Translations under genes and position numbers: made by a program
Part shown: piece after piece, positions 8,824-22,174 of the stretch
How the letters are laid out: each line of letters opens with the position of its first letter
Numbering within the stretch: position 1 is the stretch's first letter
Origin: Gammaproteobacteria bacterium
GTDB taxonomy: Bacteria > Pseudomonadota > Gammaproteobacteria > Eutrophobiales > Eutrophobiaceae
Direction: 5' to 3'
NCBI GenBank assembly: GCA_038922895.1
Contig: JBCKWF010000002.1
Location: 1-43,052, forward strand
DNA length: 43,052 bases
Notes under the pieces: model-generated
Told to the model about the DNA's origin: nothing
What the model saw: only the letters and a program-made list of their open reading frames with translations
Databases searched by the model: none

Positions 8824-10126
8824 GGGCACCTCTAAAAATTGCTGCCAAATTTCCGCTTAGACAACCGAGGTGCGGACTAACCGGGTAAAATTGCGTACAT
8901 TGAAACCCCCGGGTACAAACGATGAAAAGTAAAAGGCAACCAGGATTTTTTGACATGGCGGAACGCACCGCCAAGCTCGCCCGGATGGGCGACCCGCTGG
9001 TTGGGCTGAAAGACCAAATCAAATGGGAAGCGTTCCGCCCCGACCTGAATCGTGTGCACGAGAAGGAACCCAAAAGCAACGCGGGCGCCAAGCCGATTGA
9101 TGTCGTGCTCATGTTCAAGGTGCTGGTGCTGCAACAACTGCACAACCTGTCCGATGAGCGCATCGAATACCAGATACGTGACCGGCTCTCCTGCATGCGC
9201 TGTCTGGACTTGCAGATCGAAGATCGCGTACCGGATGCCAATACCGTCTGGCTGTTTCGCGAGCGCATGAAAGAACTGAAACTGGTTGACGTGTTGTTTG
9301 CCCGCTTCCACGAACAATTGGCCACGCAAGGCTACGCGGCACGTGCCGGCCAAATGATTGACGCCACCTTTGTCGAAGTACCGCGCCAGCGCAACACCCG
9401 CGAAGAGAACGCCCAGGTCAAGGCAGGCGAGACGCCCGCCGAGTGGCAATAACCCGCACAGAAATCCAAGCTGCGCCAAAAGGACGTAGACGCCCGCTGG
9501 CCGAAGAAGAACCACGAAAATCACTACGGCTTCAAGAACCACGTCAACGCGGACCAAGGTAACAAGCTGGTGCAAAGCTACGAGGTCAGCGATGCTGCGG
9601 TACACGACAACCAGGTGTTTGAAACGTTGCTGGATCAGACCGAAGACAAAGAGGGGAAGAAGCGTGCGATCTATGCGGACAGCGCCTATCGCTCAAAGGA
9701 AAAAGAAGAACAACTGGCCGCCGCCAACATGCCAAGCCAGATCTGCGAGAAGGGCGCGCGTAACCATCCGCTGACCGAAGAACAGAAAGCATCGAACAAA
9801 GAGAAAAGCAAAGTTCGCTCACGCGTCGAACATGTGTTTGGAGCGCAAGCGCAGATGGGTGGGCACATCGTGCGCACCATCGGCCTACTGCGTGCCAAGG
9901 TCAAAATCGGCATGATGAATCTGGTGTACAACATGATGCGTCTGGGGCACACCGCTACGCTGCTCAGACGCGACAGGAGAGGTGCGCCCGCTATGGCGTG
10001 AAATGGCAGAAATGCCTGGAAAATAGGCGGCATTCGGACGAATTCAACAGAAAAATCGCTCGGGTTGCTGAAATTTTATGAAAGGTTGAAACTGAGAGAA
10101 ATTAGATTGGATTTTTAGAGATGCCC
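8824..10126 (+). mobile_element. IS5-family insertion sequence (1303 bp)
   Basis: Inverted repeats are GGGCACCTCTAAAAAT (8824-8839) and the reverse complement of 10111-10126, GGGCATCTCTAAAAAT (15 of 16 match). TTAA flanks the element on both sides (8820-8823 and 10127-10130), a 4-bp target duplication. It lies 8 bp from the IS3 end. Confidence 0.9.
8922..10001 (+). pseudogene. IS5-family DDE transposase interrupted by one in-frame TAA
   Basis: Track ORFs 8922..9452 and 9570..10001 are in the same frame. Reading through the TAA at 9450-9452 gives ...GETPAEWQ*PAQKSKLRQKDVDARWPKKNHENHYGFKNHVNAD..., the conserved IS5 KD.DARW.KK....YG(F/Y)K.H block. I saw no other lesion. Confidence 0.85.
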
Positions 10127-10330
10127 TTAATAACGTTACAAGTTAAGTGGAAGTTACCGCAGCTATTTTGTAACATTCCATGATTTATCCAGCCAAGTTA
10201 AGATTATATTCTGGCTACATTAAGAATTTGGGAGCGTCGCAAGGTGTTGATTTGTAAAGCACCTGTATTTGCCCTGATATAGATATGCCTTTAGGTTACG
10301 TAAAATTGAGGCCTGTGTTATTCTGAATCC

Positions 10331-10699
10331 ATGAAATTCCGTACGCTCATCTCTCAGATGCTGGCGGTTCTTGCCGTTATGGGCCTGCTATTGACACCGA
10401 TGGTGCGCCCAGCCAGCGCCATGCCTGCCAACATGGCCGACATGATGGACATGGCGGGCGATAACACAGCAATGGACATGCCTGCAGATATGCCTTGTTG
10501 CCCGGACCAGGCCCCAAAGTCAGATTGCACCAAAGATTGTCCCTTCCTGGCGTTGTGTATTTCAGGCAGTGTTCTGAACTTGCCTGCAAGCGCCGGGTTG
10601 TTGCTACCACTTGAAGCTATGCAGTTGGTATTTCCCGACAATAATGCAGACTTTGCCAGTCTCAACTACGATCCTCCCCTAAGACCTCCCAAACACTGA
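10331..10699 (+). CDS. small secreted/membrane Met- and Cys-rich protein leading the cus-type operon (CzcI-position; possibly DUF2946-like)
   Basis: Signal peptide MKFRTLISQMLAVLAVMGLLLTPMVRPASA. Met-rich block MPANMADMMDMAGDNTAMDMPADMP. Cys cluster CCPDQAPKSDCTKDCPFLALC. A second hydrophobic segment, then a C-terminal DPPLRPPKH. No convincing Shine-Dalgarno sequence. Confidence 0.6.
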   Translation: MKFRTLISQMLAVLAVMGLLLTPMVRPASAMPANMADMMDMAGDNTAMDMPADMPCCPDQAPKSDCTKDCPFLALCISGSVLNLPASAGLLLPLEAMQLVFPDNNADFASLNYDPPLRPPKH

Positions 10700-10703
10700 A
10701 GTT

Positions 10704-10802
10704 CAGCATCAGTACCTGATGGTGCTGATGCTGTCGTATGCGTAATTGCTGCGGCGGTGACGTGATATTGCCACGATAACGCCGTCCGTCCCGGACGGCG
10801 TT
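10704..10802 (+). other. intercistronic RNA structure: alternative hairpins plus an 11-bp GC-rich stem
   Basis: CAGCATCAG (10704-10712) can pair with CTGATG (10716-10721) or with CTGATGCTG (10725-10733). AACGCCGTCCG (10778-10788) pairs perfectly with CGGACGGCGTT (10792-10802) across a 3-nt loop. No T-run follows. Confidence 0.5.
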
Positions 10803-10826
10803 GAACTGAACTTTGGGAGATAAACA

Positions 10827-11234
10827 ATGAAAGTATCAAACAACATGCGTGCCGTGTTCGCGGCGCTGATCGGTCTGTTATGGACAGTAGGTGCATCGCC
10901 TGTCCTGGCAGATGTGAAGGACTATCAATTCGAGTTGGTAGAAAGCCAGTTGAAGAAAGGGGATGAGGTGATCATCGCCGTCCGCCTTCTTAACAAGAAG
11001 ACTGATCAAGTGGTGCCGGACGCGGTGATTTTCGCCAGGCGCATCGACATGGCGCCGGATGGAATGGCGACCATGACCGCACCATTAGAGGCCCTGCCAT
11101 CGACCGAGCCAGGCGTGTACCGCTTCCAGACTAATCTGATGATGGCGGGTGGCTGGCAGTTGTCGTTGGGCGCAAAGATCCAGGGTGAAGAAGGAACGGT
11201 AGAGAGCAGGCTGGTACTGAAGATCCTGCCATGA
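10827..11234 (+). CDS. periplasmic FixH/YtkA-like domain protein
   Basis: GGGAGA Shine-Dalgarno sequence 7 nt upstream. Signal peptide ...LLWTVGASPVLA. The pattern MAPDGMATMTAPL...GVYRFQTNLMMAGGWQLSLGAKI matches my memory of YtkA/FixH-type beta-sandwich proteins found in copper operons. The stop overlaps the cusB start (ATGA). Confidence 0.6.
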   Translation: MKVSNNMRAVFAALIGLLWTVGASPVLADVKDYQFELVESQLKKGDEVIIAVRLLNKKTDQVVPDAVIFARRIDMAPDGMATMTAPLEALPSTEPGVYRFQTNLMMAGGWQLSLGAKIQGEEGTVESRLVLKILP

Positions 11235-12637
11235 ACCGCACCATTTGGGTACTTCTGATCCTCGCAGTGCTGGTGGCGGTGGGGGTTGGCGGATATTGGG
11301 CCGGGGAGCACGATGTCGGTATGCCTGCATCGATACCAGTGGAGACGTCAACCGTCACAAATGCGCCATACGGTCCGGTGATTTATTACCGGGACCTGGA
11401 TGAGAAGCCGTTCTACTCGCTTGAACCGAAACTAACTCCGGATGGCCGCCCCTGGCGTCCTGTACTGGCCAGCGAAGATGTAAGTTTCGATGGACAGACC
11501 AAAGCGCTGGTACCTACGGCTGTAAACCAGTCTGCGCCTGGGCGGATCATTTACTACCGTCACCCCATGGGACTTCCAGATATCTCACCAACACCGAAGA
11601 AGGACTCGATGGGAATGGATTACATCCCTGTCTATGGAGATGAGGGTAACGAGGGGGCCGGTATCAGGATAAGTGCGGGAAAACTGCAACAGATCGGCGT
11701 CAAGTCGGAGGCTGCACAACAGCACATCATTGTCGAACCGGTACGTGCGCCAGGTATCATCCAACTCGATGAGCGACGTATCGCGGTAATTTCCTTGCGT
11801 TCTGAAGCATTCATAGACACTGTTGAGGACATCACTACAGGGAGCGAGGTCAGACTAGGCCAGCCGTTGATGCGAATTTACAGTCCGGCGGTTGCCGCGG
11901 CCGCTGCTGAATATCTCTACAACTTGAAGCTGGGGAGTGATGAGGCAAGGCTCCGGGGAACAAGGCAACAGCTATTGAATCTTGATGTTCCGTCAGATTT
12001 CATTAAGGATATTGAGCGCACACGCGAAATACCGTTGACCTTTACCTGGACCTCGCCCCGAGACGGTATTGTGCTTGAGCGTAATGTGGCCGATGGAATG
12101 CGAATTATGCCGGGCGATGTGCTGTTTCGCATCGCAGATCATCTAATCGTATGGGCACTGGTTGATGTTACAGAACGCGATCTCGCTGACGTCGATATCA
12201 ACCAGCCTGTCGTAGTACGGGTGCGCAGCTATCCTGACCTTACTTTCCCAGGAAAGATTGCACTTGTCTACCCGCATCTCAATCCATCCACCCGTACGGT
12301 ACCGGTGCGGATCGAGATTGCCAATCCGGATTTCCTGCTGCGGCCTGGCATGTATGCAGAGGCTGAAATTGACACCGGCAGCGGCCAGCCAGTACTCGCC
12401 GTTCCGGATAATGCCGTGATTGACAGCGGCAGCCGCCAGTATGTCATTGTCGATAAGGGCGAAGGGCGTTTCGAACCGCATCCCGTCCAACCCGGACGCC
12501 GGGGTGGTGGTTATGTAGAAATCCGCGAAGGTATTGCTGAAGGTGATTTGGTGGTTATTTCTGCGAATTTTTTAATCGATGCAGAAAGTAATCTTAAAAG
12601 TGCACTCAATAGTTTGACCAGCGCAGGAACACCTTAG
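11231..12637 (+). CDS. cusB: HME-RND periplasmic adaptor, CusB family
   Basis: N-terminal TM segment. The CusB-type motif IIYYRHPMGLPDISPTPKKDSMGMDYIPVY is comparable to E. coli CusB YWYDPMYPNTRFDKPGKSPFMDMDLVP. Barrel-sandwich and beta-barrel regions follow. Translationally coupled to both neighbours. Confidence 0.9.
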   Translation: MNRTIWVLLILAVLVAVGVGGYWAGEHDVGMPASIPVETSTVTNAPYGPVIYYRDLDEKPFYSLEPKLTPDGRPWRPVLASEDVSFDGQTKALVPTAVNQSAPGRIIYYRHPMGLPDISPTPKKDSMGMDYIPVYGDEGNEGAGIRISAGKLQQIGVKSEAAQQHIIVEPVRAPGIIQLDERRIAVISLRSEAFIDTVEDITTGSEVRLGQPLMRIYSPAVAAAAAEYLYNLKLGSDEARLRGTRQQLLNLDVPSDFIKDIERTREIPLTFTWTSPRDGIVLERNVADGMRIMPGDVLFRIADHLIVWALVDVTERDLADVDINQPVVVRVRSYPDLTFPGKIALVYPHLNPSTRTVPVRIEIANPDFLLRPGMYAEAEIDTGSGQPVLAVPDNAVIDSGSRQYVIVDKGEGRFEPHPVQPGRRGGGYVEIREGIAEGDLVVISANFLIDAESNLKSALNSLTSAGTP

Positions 12638-15600
12638 TGATAACGAGATTGATCGAAGCCTCCGCCCGCAATATTACGCTCGTATTGATTGGTACCGCGT
12701 TCGCTGTGTTGGCCGGTATCTATGCGATTTTTAATATGCCGCTCGATGCGATTCCGGATCTGTCCGATACGCAGGTCATCGTTTATACCGAGTATCCAGG
12801 TCAGGCACCCCAGGTGGTTGAAGACCAGGTCACCTATCCGCTGACAACGGCGATGTTGAGCGTACCTAACTCGCGAGTAGTGCGCGGTTTTTCTTATTTT
12901 GGTGTCTCCTTTGTTTATGTGATCTTTGATGAGGGCACTGACATTTATTGGGCACGTTCCCGTGTACTCGAATATCTGAATGCGGCGGTCAGGCGTTTGC
13001 CCGCTGGGGTCACACCAAGCCTTGGACCGGATGCAACCGGGGTCGGTTGGGTTTATCAATATGCCCTGTTATCCAGGGACCATACACTAGCCGAACTTCG
13101 TTCTTTGCAGGACTGGTATGTACGTTACGGCCTTGCCGGGGTGGACGGTGTGGCGGAGATCGCCAGTGTCGGCGGTTTCGTCAAGCAATACAACGTGGTC
13201 GTCGACCCGCAGCGACTACGCAGTTTTGATATTCCCCTCTCTGCGATCCGTGAGGCTATACGCGCCAGTAACATGGATGTGGGCGGCCGCACGGTCGAGC
13301 TGTCTGAATTCGAGTTTGTAATACGTGGGCACGGCTACCTTAAAGGTATCCCTGATCTGGAAAAGATCGTCCTCAAGAATGACGGTGGCACACCGGTATT
13401 GTTGCAGGATGTGGCGCGGGTCGAACTGGGACCGGACGAACGCAGGGGCATAACTGAACTTAATGGCGAAGGCGAAGTGGTAAGCGGTATTGTCTTGCAG
13501 CGCTTTGGCGAGAATGCGCTGGAGGTTATTGAGAATGTCAAAGAACGCATTGTGAAAATTACTGAAAGTCTGCCGTCAGGTGTGAAGATCATACCGGTCT
13601 ATGATCGATCGACCCTGATTTATGCTGCGATGGATACCTTGCGGCGCACATTATTTGAAGAGGGTGCGGTAGTAGCACTGGTGTGCATTGTATTTCTTCT
13701 GCATGTTCGAAGTGCACTGGTCGCAATTCTGATGCTGCCGGTCGGTGTACTGATGGCCTTTGCTGCCATGAACGCGCTCGGCATGGGTTCCAACATCATG
13801 AGCCTTGGCGGGATAGCCATTGCAATCGGTGCTATGGTAGATGCAGCGATCGTCATGATCGAGAATGCGCACAAACACCTCGAACGAAGTAAGCCTGACA
13901 AACCACGTCTGGAAATTCTGATTGAGGCGGCCGGCGAGGTTGGTCCTGCCTTGTTCTTCAGTCTGTTGATCATCACTGTCTCGTTTTTGCCTATATTCAC
14001 GCTGGAGGCCCAGGAAGGCAGACTGTTCAGCCCGCTCGCCTATACCAAGACATTTGCAATGGCGGCAGCAGCGCTCCTCTCGGTGACGCTTGTGCCCGCG
14101 CTGATGGTGATCTTTATTCGTGGACGGATTATCCCGGAACACAAAAATCCGCTGAACCGTTGGTTAATCTGGCTTTACCGTCCGGTGATCCGGGTTGTCC
14201 TTAAGGCAAAGCTGCTGACACTTGCCCTCGCGGCGGTGGTACTTGCTGTGACCCTGTGGCCTGCAAGGCAACTCGGAACGGAATTCATGCCGAACCTGAA
14301 CGAAGGTACGCTGCTCTATATGCCGACCACGTTGCCGGGCATTTCCATCACCAAGGCTGCCGAATTACTGCAAATACAAGACCGGATCATAAAATCGTTT
14401 CCGGAAGTGGAATCAGTTTACGGCAAGGCTGGTCGTGCCTTGACCGCAACCGACCCGGCCCCGCTCGAAATGACAGAGACGGTAATTAATCTGAAGGCCA
14501 AGGCCGCATGGCGGACAGGGGTAACTATTGACTCACTGGTGGCGGAAATGGACAGTGCACTACAGTTCCCCGGTGTCTCAAACGCCTGGACCATGCCGAT
14601 CAAGGCACGTATCGATATGCTTTCCACCGGTATCCGGACCCCGGTTGGGATCAAGGTATTCGGTACTGACCTCGCTGAAATGGAGCGACTGGCCCGCGAG
14701 ATTGAACAAGTGCTGAAAACTGTTCCCGGGACATCCAGCGCCTACGCGGAAAGGATCAGCGGTGGCTATTATCTGGATATCACACCTGACCGCGATAGTA
14801 TTGCGCGTTATGGCCTTATGGTCGGTGATGTACAGGACGTCATTGCGACTGCGCTGGGCGGTGAGGCGGTGACCACGACTATCGAGGGTCGGGAGCGTTA
14901 TACAGTCAATGTCCGTTACCCGCGTGACCTGCGTGATAGCCCGCAGGCGATTGCGAGCAATGTACTTGTGCCGTTGCCCGGTGGTGGGACGGTACCTCTG
15001 GGCGATGTGGCGTCGGTTCAGCTTACGCGGGGGCCCACAAGCATCCGTACCGAAGATGGCCAGCTTGCGGCTTATATTTTCGTCGATATCCGTGACCGCG
15101 ACCTGGGCGGCTATGTTACCGATGCGCAAAAGGCGGTGACAGACAATGTAGAGTTTCCATCCGGGTACTATGTTACCTGGAGCGGTCAGTATGAATATCT
15201 TGAACGTGCAAAGGCACGCTTGCAGGTCGTGGTGCCGGTAACATTGCTTATTATATTCCTGTTGCTGTATCTGAATTTCCGCACCTTGAGTGACACATTC
15301 ATCGTGATGCTTTCCCTGCCCTTCGCAATGGTGGGCGGCTTCTGGCTGTTGTGGGGGTTGGGATTCAATCTGTCGGTAGCTGTGGTGGTTGGATTCATTG
15401 CGCTCGCGGGCGTGGCAGCGCAGACAGGTGTGGTGATGTTGCTTTATTTAAATAATGCTTTTAACGAAATTATAGCAAAGCGGGCTGCTGCAGGACAACA
15501 TCTCACTCGTATCGATGTGCATGAGGCGATTATGCTCGGGGCGGTGGAGCGTGTGCGTCCGAAGATGATGACGGTGACGGCGATCATGGCCGGATTGTTG

Positions 15601-15765
15601 CCTATCATGTGGAGTACCGGTGCCGGCTCGGAAGTAATGCAGCGCATAGCGGTACCGATGCTAGGCGGTATGGTTTCTTCGACAGCACTGACATTGGTAG
15701 TCATCCCCGCCATTTACGGTCTGGCAAAAGGCTGGGGGCTGCCAAAAAAACTTCCCAAGGCCTAA
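12637..15765 (+). CDS. cusA: HME-RND inner-membrane pump, CusA type (monovalent Cu/Ag)
   Basis: GTG start overlapping the cusB TAG. TM4 signature GGIAIAIGAMVDAAIVMIEN (AIG-DAA-EN, the monovalent class). The three CusA methionines are conserved in context: LLYMPT, APLEMTET, RIDMLSTG. Length 1042 aa. Confidence 0.95.
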   Translation: MITRLIEASARNITLVLIGTAFAVLAGIYAIFNMPLDAIPDLSDTQVIVYTEYPGQAPQVVEDQVTYPLTTAMLSVPNSRVVRGFSYFGVSFVYVIFDEGTDIYWARSRVLEYLNAAVRRLPAGVTPSLGPDATGVGWVYQYALLSRDHTLAELRSLQDWYVRYGLAGVDGVAEIASVGGFVKQYNVVVDPQRLRSFDIPLSAIREAIRASNMDVGGRTVELSEFEFVIRGHGYLKGIPDLEKIVLKNDGGTPVLLQDVARVELGPDERRGITELNGEGEVVSGIVLQRFGENALEVIENVKERIVKITESLPSGVKIIPVYDRSTLIYAAMDTLRRTLFEEGAVVALVCIVFLLHVRSALVAILMLPVGVLMAFAAMNALGMGSNIMSLGGIAIAIGAMVDAAIVMIENAHKHLERSKPDKPRLEILIEAAGEVGPALFFSLLIITVSFLPIFTLEAQEGRLFSPLAYTKTFAMAAAALLSVTLVPALMVIFIRGRIIPEHKNPLNRWLIWLYRPVIRVVLKAKLLTLALAAVVLAVTLWPARQLGTEFMPNLNEGTLLYMPTTLPGISITKAAELLQIQDRIIKSFPEVESVYGKAGRALTATDPAPLEMTETVINLKAKAAWRTGVTIDSLVAEMDSALQFPGVSNAWTMPIKARIDMLSTGIRTPVGIKVFGTDLAEMERLAREIEQVLKTVPGTSSAYAERISGGYYLDITPDRDSIARYGLMVGDVQDVIATALGGEAVTTTIEGRERYTVNVRYPRDLRDSPQAIASNVLVPLPGGGTVPLGDVASVQLTRGPTSIRTEDGQLAAYIFVDIRDRDLGGYVTDAQKAVTDNVEFPSGYYVTWSGQYEYLERAKARLQVVVPVTLLIIFLLLYLNFRTLSDTFIVMLSLPFAMVGGFWLLWGLGFNLSVAVVVGFIALAGVAAQTGVVMLLYLNNAFNEIIAKRAAAGQHLTRIDVHEAIMLGAVERVRPKMMTVTAIMAGLLPIMWSTGAGSEVMQRIAVPMLGGMVSSTALTLVVIPAIYGLAKGWGLPKKLPKA

Positions 15766-15808
15766 CCGATAGTTTTTCCGTATACTTTTTAATCTCTCCG
15801 GGTTCAAT

Positions 15809-15838
15809 TCCCCGCCCCTTGGGGCGGGGAAATTTATT
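15809..15838 (+). terminator. rho-independent terminator after cusA
   Basis: TCCCCGCCCC (15809-15818), TT, GGGGCGGGGA (15821-15830), followed by AATTTATT. Confidence 0.75.
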
Positions 15839-15942
15839 AATGAGTTTTTTCCGGTTAGCCAATATCAGCGTTTACGGTAGTTAAGTCGTATTATATCCAG
15901 CAAAACTGGACACGCGGGGAAAAAAGAATTACTGTTGATTTT

Positions 15943-16350
15943 ATGGCAAGGTGGAGAAGATGTATTCAACATTATCCGGCAATCGGCTTGTTGCTGGTTG
16001 TAACGCTGGTTGTGCAACTGCTGTTTCAGTTACGATTTCATTTACATCATGATCCCAACCCGCAATCACAAGGACATGAGCATGTTATTGATTTTCATGT
16101 CCTGGTAGACGATCATGAAACTGATCATAATGGCCAGGAAAATGTACATGAATTGAAATCCGCACCGGACGCTATTGTCAAAAAATTTCTGGGCGGTGAT
16201 ACCGGTTTCTTGTTCTCCGTTTGCCTGTTATTACTCTTTCCGGTTGTAATCATTGCCATTAATCGTCAGTGGTCATTGCCGCGAAATTCAGTTATTCACA
16301 GCCTGTACTACGGTCTCGCCCCACCACTTCGCGCACCTCCCGCACTCTAG
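15943..16350 (+). CDS. small His/Asp/Glu-rich membrane protein leading the czc-type operon (CzcI-position; possibly DUF2946-like)
   Basis: N-terminal hydrophobic segment AIGLLLVVTLVVQLLF. His-rich block HLHHDPNPQSQGHEHVIDFHVLVDDHETDHNGQENVHE. Second hydrophobic segment FLFSVCLLLLFPVVIIAI. C-terminal GLAPPLRAPPAL. Weak ribosome-binding site. Position and architecture parallel ORF 10331..10699. Confidence 0.5.
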   Translation: MARWRRCIQHYPAIGLLLVVTLVVQLLFQLRFHLHHDPNPQSQGHEHVIDFHVLVDDHETDHNGQENVHELKSAPDAIVKKFLGGDTGFLFSVCLLLLFPVVIIAINRQWSLPRNSVIHSLYYGLAPPLRAPPAL

Positions 16351-16461
16351 TCCCATTCTGTCGTTGACATAATACCGGCCGCAGGCGGCTTTATCTCCTG
16401 TGCGTCAGTATTCCTTTGTCCCTATGGCCGGATAACCACGCTTATCCGGAGGAATTGAGCG

Positions 16462-17705
16462 ATGAACACTAGATTAATGTTTCTGCTTTACGGCACTTTT
16501 TTATCTGTGGCGGTGTCTGCACAGAGTGTTGCACAAGAGGGCCTGACACTGAATCAGGCCATAATCCAGGTACTGGAAAACAATCCTGGATTGCAGATTG
16601 CCGACTATGAGGCACAGGCGATGGCGGCACGCATGCGCCATGCCGTTCAGCCGCCGTCAGACAGGATTGCCCTGACTCTGGAGAATTTTGCGGGTACTGG
16701 TCAGACTGTCGCTATGCGCAGTATTGATGCTACGCTAAGCCTGTCCCGTACGCTGGAACTGGGGAACAAGGCCGCCAGCCGTGGAGATGTTGTGCAGGGA
16801 GAGACGCAATTGTTACGCACGCAAAGGGACATCGACCGTCTTAACCTGCTCGCGGACACGGCACAGCGGTTTCTGCACGTGGCAGCTGATCAGGAAAGGC
16901 TACGGTTGATCGAAAAGGCCCTGGCGCTGGTTCGACTGACTGAGCATGCCGTTCAGGAGCGCATTCAGACAGGCAGTACAGCGGAGACGGAACGGCACCG
17001 GGTCGTCATTGATCTGGCGAACCACGAGATCGAGATCGAGCATATCCGGCATGAACTTGAAAATTCGCGGTTGAGTCTGACGACGCTATGGAATGTCCGG
17101 CAGCCGGATTTTGATAGTGTTGCTGCGGACATCTTTAGCCTCGATGAATTGCCGGATTTTGAACAACTGACTAACCTGCTCGACCGCAATCCTCAACTGA
17201 TTCAGCATATCCGGGCGGAAGACCTTGCCCGGGCCAGAATAAGACTGATGCAGAGTCGCAGCAGACCCGATGTGGATGTGACGGCGGGTCTACGTTATCT
17301 CGGCGGCAGTAACGATGTTGCCGCGATGTTATGGGCCAGCATCCCGCTGGGCTCCACCTCGCGTGCCCAGCCTGGTATTGACGAGGCCGAATCGCTGGCC
17401 AGAATCGAACCGTTAAACTTTGAACAACAGCGACTGGAGCTGTACGCCACCCTGTTTGAGTTTTACCAGGAAATGAAACATGCGAGAGAAGCCGTTGCAA
17501 CATTGAATGAGAAGATTATTCCGGCCGCCGAACAAATGTTGAATGACTATGAGAGCGGTTACCAGGCCGGGAGGTATTCCCTGCTTGAACTCATCCAGGC
17601 CCAACAGTTATTACACAATGCACGAACGCAGTTGCTTGAGATGGCGGTCAATTTTCACAGCCGCAAGATCGAAATCGACCGGCTGACTGCCGCCCAACTT
17701 ACGGA

Positions 17706-17712
<7 letters not shown>
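16462..17712 (+). CDS. czcC: outer-membrane efflux factor (TolC-like, CzcC family)
   Basis: GGAGG 9 nt upstream. Signal peptide MNTRLMFLLYGTFLSVAVSAQS. Two OEP-type repeats, including LTLNQAIIQVLENNPGLQ. The stop overlaps the next gene. Confidence 0.88.
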
Positions 17713-22132
<4,420 letters not shown>

Positions 22133-22174
22133 GCTTAATATTTAAGTAATAAACGGTGATAGAGGAAAAATTCA

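Noticed and set aside
8877-9605. 242-aa minus-strand ORF (and 8771..9325) antisense to the IS5 transposase
   Set aside because: The plus-strand frame carries the conserved IS5 transposase blocks. The antisense frames are compositional artefacts.
16428-16449. 8-bp hairpin CCGGATAA-N6-TTATCCGG just before the czcC Shine-Dalgarno sequence, as a translational control element
   Set aside because: It overlaps the GGAGG by only 2 nt and is short. It could equally be chance, so I did not report it as a feature.
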